In this document: one piece after another, positions 17,297 through 20,000 of the stretch
Layout: every line of letters begins with the position of its first letter
Position numbering within the stretch: the stretch's first letter is position 1
IMG/VR virus record: IMGVR_UViG_3300022752_000050
Source of the DNA: an uncultured virus (IMG/VR IMGVR_UViG_3300022752_000050)
Lineage: Duplodnaviria; Heunggongvirae; Uroviricota; Caudoviricetes
Direction: 5' to 3' (one strand)
DNA length: 20,000 bases
Program-made: the position numbers and the translations under genes
The notes under the pieces: generated by a model
What the model saw: the letters and a program-made list of their open reading frames with translations, nothing else
Database searches by the model: none
Told to the model about the DNA's origin: nothing

Positions 17297-18048
17297 ACTC
17301 CAACTTCCATTTTTGCAAGAATATACTCCTTAACAAATCCAGAGCGAACAATATCATCAACTCCAAATTCAATAATGTCAATAGATGGCATTATACGAAG
17401 AACCTTCATAAAATCAACGATGCCATTTTTTTCATTTGTCCGTATTAAATCTGATTGTGTTGCATCACCACAGAACATAATCTTGGAATTTTCACCAACA
17501 CGAGTGATAATTGAATCAAGTTCGTGGAAATTAAGATTTTGAAATTCATCTACAATGATAATTGAATTATCTAAAGTAGTTCCACGAATAAAAGATGTGC
17601 TCCAAAAACTAATTGTTCCCTGAGTTTTAAGATTGCCATAGAGCATTTCAAAGCTAGAGTCATCTGGCATTTCAAACATATACTTTACCATATTCTTATA
17701 AGGAATCTGATAAAGTGATGATTTATCTTCATGATCGCCAGGAAGAAAACCAATTTCTCTTGTGGCAACTAATGAGCGAACGATGTAAATTTTTTCATAT
17801 GGAGATTTTTCGTCCAATACATCCTTTAGTGCGTTATAGAGTGCGATAAAAGTTTTCCCTGTACCTGCACAACCATAAGCAACAATGTTTTTATCCAATC
17901 GATAAGATCTAAAAAATTCTTGTTGATTGTCTGTGAGAGGTTCAATGTCTCTCATCAAATCCATATTAATTGGTTTTTTTCGTTTCATTTGTTTATTGCT
18001 CATCCCAAATGGAACTGGAGATTTTGGCGTATTTCTTTTAGTTGGCAT
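17293..18048 (-). CDS. phoH: PhoH family ATPase
   Basis: Walker A GCAGTGKT, IGFLPG, FIRGTTLD, IIVDEFQN, GDATQSD, DIVRSG. Confidence 0.96.
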   Translation of the reverse strand: MPTKRNTPKSPVPFGMSNKQMKRKKPINMDLMRDIEPLTDNQQEFFRSYRLDKNIVAYGCAGTGKTFIALYNALKDVLDEKSPYEKIYIVRSLVATREIGFLPGDHEDKSSLYQIPYKNMVKYMFEMPDDSSFEMLYGNLKTQGTISFWSTSFIRGTTLDNSIIIVDEFQNLNFHELDSIITRVGENSKIMFCGDATQSDLIRTNEKNGIVDFMKVLRIMPSIDIIEFGVDDIVRSGFVKEYILAKMEVGV

Positions 18049-18053
18049 GTTAT

Positions 18054-18302
18054 TCAGATAGGTTTTACATTAGAACCAGGGGCTTTTGATGCTCTATGCA
18101 ATACATCGTTCCATCCCGGATGTGATTTTTTAAGGCGGTCATAAATTTCACCAACTTCTCCACAACCAGGAACAGTTGATGGATCAGACCAATCCCTATC
18201 CCAGTCTGGATTATCATTCTTCCACTGATCCCAGTCGTGAATACTCATACTCACTTCTTTCTGTTCACCAGTGATCTTATTATAAATTGGGTACGTCGCC
18301 AT
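18054..18302 (-). CDS. Conserved hypothetical protein (FmdB-like, lacking zinc-ribbon cysteines)
   Basis: MATYPIYNKITGEQKEV...GWNDVL...KAPGS; typical gene upstream of phoH in T4-like phages. Confidence 0.7.
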   Translation of the reverse strand: MATYPIYNKITGEQKEVSMSIHDWDQWKNDNPDWDRDWSDPSTVPGCGEVGEIYDRLKKSHPGWNDVLHRASKAPGSNVKPI

Positions 18303-18325
18303 AAAGTTACGAATTCAATATAATT

Positions 18326-18333
18326 TATTTAGA
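18326..18333 (-). promoter_or_regulatory. Late promoter-like motif TCTAAATA upstream of the phoH operon
   Basis: Overlaps the thyX stop codon, about 24 nt upstream of the next ATG. Confidence 0.6.
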
Positions 18334-18979
18334 TGTTCCACTCAGAGGCACCGCCAAGTGCTTCATAGCAAACAGGAAACTGTTCAGCAAAAACTGCTTT
18401 ACACGCTTTTGCAATATCCATATGTTCTTTCTGTGTTCCTGATTTTTCTCTGAGAGCGATGTAAGTTATCCAAGATCTACAAGAACCCGTCATATAAATC
18501 CGAGTAGGAACTGCCAAAGGCAATACAAACCTTGCACACTCTTTTGCAACCTCTGCCTCTAGAAGGCGATTATAGAGATTCTGGGCGGCATTAAAGTGAA
18601 CTCGGATATCTTCCAACAATTTTAACTTTACATAGTCTCCAAGGTCATCTGTGGAGTTCTGACGGTTCTTTGTATCCTGCCTACGAAGTTCAGGAAGAGG
18701 AATTTTTTCTGAAATCAGATTTGTGTCTGCATAACGCTGAGAAAATTCTTGAAATGTGAAAGAACGGTGCCTTAGAATCTGAGCAGCAATTCCACGATTG
18801 GTCTCGATCTCAAGCGTCATAGAACTCTGCTCAAACACAGACCAATGATTATGCTTAATACAATAAGCAAGCAACTTGGAATAGTTTTCGTTGTCTTGAT
18901 TCGCAGGATTAGAAACTCGTGCAATAAATGCCATTGTTTTTTCTGCATCGGGAGTTACCGAAATGAGTTTAACTGTCAT
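18329..18979 (-). CDS. thyX: Flavin-dependent thymidylate synthase
   Basis: HWSVFEQ, RHRSFTFQEFSQRY (RHR-x7-S), AKECARFVLP, TQKEH. Confidence 0.96.
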   Translation of the reverse strand: MTVKLISVTPDAEKTMAFIARVSNPANQDNENYSKLLAYCIKHNHWSVFEQSSMTLEIETNRGIAAQILRHRSFTFQEFSQRYADTNLISEKIPLPELRRQDTKNRQNSTDDLGDYVKLKLLEDIRVHFNAAQNLYNRLLEAEVAKECARFVLPLAVPTRIYMTGSCRSWITYIALREKSGTQKEHMDIAKACKAVFAEQFPVCYEALGGASEWNI

Positions 18980-18988
18980 TTAATTTCC

Positions 18989-19159
18989 TCAGTCGTGATA
19001 TCCATCATCATCGTCAAAGACTTCATCGTAATCAGTAAGTGCTGCAGTAATTTTATCATAATCCATATAACTTTCAGGATTAGAATACACTTCTGCTTTT
19101 AGAGAGTCAACCAGAAGTTCCAGATTGCGAACAATCAATTTAACTTTGTCTTTATCCAT
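18989..19159 (-). CDS. 56-aa acidic hypothetical protein
   Basis: Manual translation MDKDKVKLIVRNLELLVDSLKAEVYSNPESYMDYDKITAALTDYDEVFDDDDGYHD; fills the gap between the promoter and thyX. Confidence 0.8.
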   Translation of the reverse strand: MDKDKVKLIVRNLELLVDSLKAEVYSNPESYMDYDKITAALTDYDEVFDDDDGYHD

Positions 19160-19180
19160 AAAATTTAATTGTCTTTATCA

Positions 19181-19210
19181 ATTTTAACACAAAAAAAGGG
19201 GGGAAGTCAA
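19181..19210 (-). promoter_or_regulatory. Sigma70-like promoter for the thyX operon
   Basis: TTGACT (19210-19205), 18-nt spacer, TGnTAAAAT extended -10 (hexamer 19186-19181). Confidence 0.75.
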
Positions 19211-19217
19211 TCCCCCC
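19191..19217 (-). terminator. Rho-independent terminator
   Basis: GGGGGGA-TTGACT-TCCCCCC followed by T7 on the minus strand. Confidence 0.88.
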
Positions 19218-19223
19218 AGAGTA

Positions 19224-19310
19224 TCAGGCAAGTCGAGATGCCATAAACAATTGTGCCTGGTGTAAACGCTGTTCTTTCAGCATTTTTTGTTTAATCAGAA
19301 TCAATGCCAT
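19224..19310 (-). CDS. 28-aa basic peptide downstream of the riboswitch-like leader
   Basis: MALILIKQKMLKEQRLHQAQLFMASRLA; strong RBS AAGGAG 7 nt upstream; ends just before the terminator. Confidence 0.7.
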   Translation of the reverse strand: MALILIKQKMLKEQRLHQAQLFMASRLA

Positions 19311-19322
19311 TGGTTTGCTCCT

Positions 19323-19505
19323 TTACTTGTTTAGGGTATTGGTGCGTTCCTTGGGCTCAACTTTTGCGTCTATTTTACACTCTTTGGGAGAGATTTGTTT
19401 AAGCTCCCATATCAAATCATTTTTTTGTTCGGGAGAAATATATTGTTTATGAATTCTCCCAACAATTAACTGTGCTTGTAGGCAGGTTAGAAAGAGTGTT
19501 TCCAT
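19323..19505 (-). CDS. 60-aa hypothetical protein nested in the riboswitch-like RNA
   Basis: ORF track METLFLTCLQAQ...KECKIDAK...; GAGGT SD-like sequence about 10 nt upstream; two Cys. Confidence 0.65.
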   Translation of the reverse strand: METLFLTCLQAQLIVGRIHKQYISPEQKNDLIWELKQISPKECKIDAKVEPKERTNTLNK

Positions 19506-19514
19506 AGATGAACG
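19345..19514 (-). ncRNA. Second glutamine-riboswitch-like aptamer with 130-nt P2-loop insertion
   Basis: 5' half CGTTCA-TCTAT (19514-19504) and 3' half ATAGA-CGCAAAAG...GGAACG (19373-19345): P1 CGTTC/GAACG and P2 TCTAT/ATAGA both pair; mirrors aptamer 1. Confidence 0.6.
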
Positions 19515-19517
19515 ACC

Positions 19518-19560
19518 TCGTTCCGAGTCGGCTTACTTCCGTCTGTTTCCAGATGAACGA
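19518..19560 (-). ncRNA. Glutamine riboswitch-like aptamer (glnA / Downstream-peptide RNA family)
   Basis: TCGTTC-A-TCTG(GAAA)CAGA-CGGAAGTAAG-CCGACTCG-GAACGA: P1 TCGTTC/GAACGA, GNRA-capped P2 and the GGAAGTA junction typical of glnA RNAs; begins at the predicted TSS. P3 is not clearly formed. Confidence 0.75.
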
Positions 19561-19567
19561 TAGAAGT

Positions 19568-19597
19568 ATTATACTCCCATTTAAATTATATAGTCAA
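19568..19597 (-). promoter_or_regulatory. Sigma70-like promoter driving the riboswitch leader
   Basis: TTGACT (19597-19592), 18-nt spacer, TATAAT (19573-19568); predicted TSS about 19561, the first base of the aptamer. Confidence 0.8.
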
Positions 19598-19612
19598 CTT
19601 GTATATTAATAC

Positions 19613-19843
19613 TTAATCATCCTTTCCAAAAATGGTTCCAAAAAAACCAGATTCTCCTGGTTTACGATTTTCTAGTTTGTCAAGAAGTGCATCAGTATGC
19701 ATCACACTGTCGATACGACTAATAAGATCTGCAATTACACTACAAACCATAGGACGCTCTTGACGAGCAGCATATGCAAGTGCATTTCGCAATGATGCTT
19801 CTGCTTCTTTCAGCGATTCTTCTACTGATTGTGATAATGCCAT
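19613..19843 (-). CDS. Conserved cyanophage hypothetical protein
   Basis: MALSQSVEESLKEAEASLRNALAYAARQERP...; start overlaps the upstream stop (TAATG). Confidence 0.8.
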   Translation of the reverse strand: MALSQSVEESLKEAEASLRNALAYAARQERPMVCSVIADLISRIDSVMHTDALLDKLENRKPGESGFFGTIFGKDD

Positions 19844-20000
19844 TAAAATTCACTCCGTCGTCTTGGTATAAAGGGTTTATCGTTCCATTTGCAATAATCT
19901 GGAAGTTCTGCTTTTTGTTCCTCAAAATATTGACAAATTATAGCATTATCTGGAGGATATTTGGGTCTTGAATATTCCGATTTAACGCTATTAATATGAC
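19843..20000 (-). CDS. Hypothetical protein, C-terminal part (enters from window end)
   Basis: Open frame ...HINSVKSEYSRPKYPPDNAIICQYFEEQKAELPDYCKWNDKPFIPRRRSEF* with TAATG coupling to the next gene. Confidence 0.6.
   Translation of the reverse strand, partial: HINSVKSEYSRPKYPPDNAIICQYFEEQKAELPDYCKWNDKPFIPRRRSEF

Noticed and set aside
19505..19560. TCGTTCATCT direct repeat as a mini-CRISPR or att site
   Set aside because: Only two 10-nt copies; better explained as the 5' strands of tandem aptamers.
19601..19612. GTA-TATTAA-TAC palindrome as a possible NtcA site upstream of the riboswitch promoter
   Set aside because: The spacer is N6, not the N8 of the NtcA consensus (GTA-N8-TAC), and the AT-rich context makes a chance match likely.
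19740..19925. 61-aa minus-strand ORF in the track
   Set aside because: Overlaps the 76-aa gene out of frame; a different frame ending TAATG at 19843 fits better.

Overview
Core-genome segment of a T4-like cyanomyovirus (cyanophage; AT-rich). It contains a late baseplate/tail block: a gp5 N-terminal gene plus a downstream structural gene, a gp27-like hub, two tape-measure-like proteins (one with peptidoglycan hydrolase domains), gp51, gp26, a gp54/gp19-like gene, gp4, gp2, gp48 and gp53. A replication/metabolism block follows (gp32, DUF1825-like, gp59, gp33, exonuclease, phoH, thyX), and the Calvin-cycle regulator gene cp12 sits among the structural genes. Most notable: (1) a tandem glutamine-riboswitch-like (glnA/Downstream-peptide type) leader whose second aptamer carries a 130-nt P2-loop insertion in which a 60-aa ORF starts, followed by a 28-aa peptide; (2) a canonical T_TTT_TTC -1 slippery site that would fuse gp26 to gp51 directly upstream of the tape-measure-like genes, as in lambda G/GT and P2 E/E'; (3) an apparently circularly permuted Zn-peptidase domain; (4) a self-contained inverted cassette encoding two small membrane proteins. 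All family assignments come from motif recognition and synteny, not from database searches.
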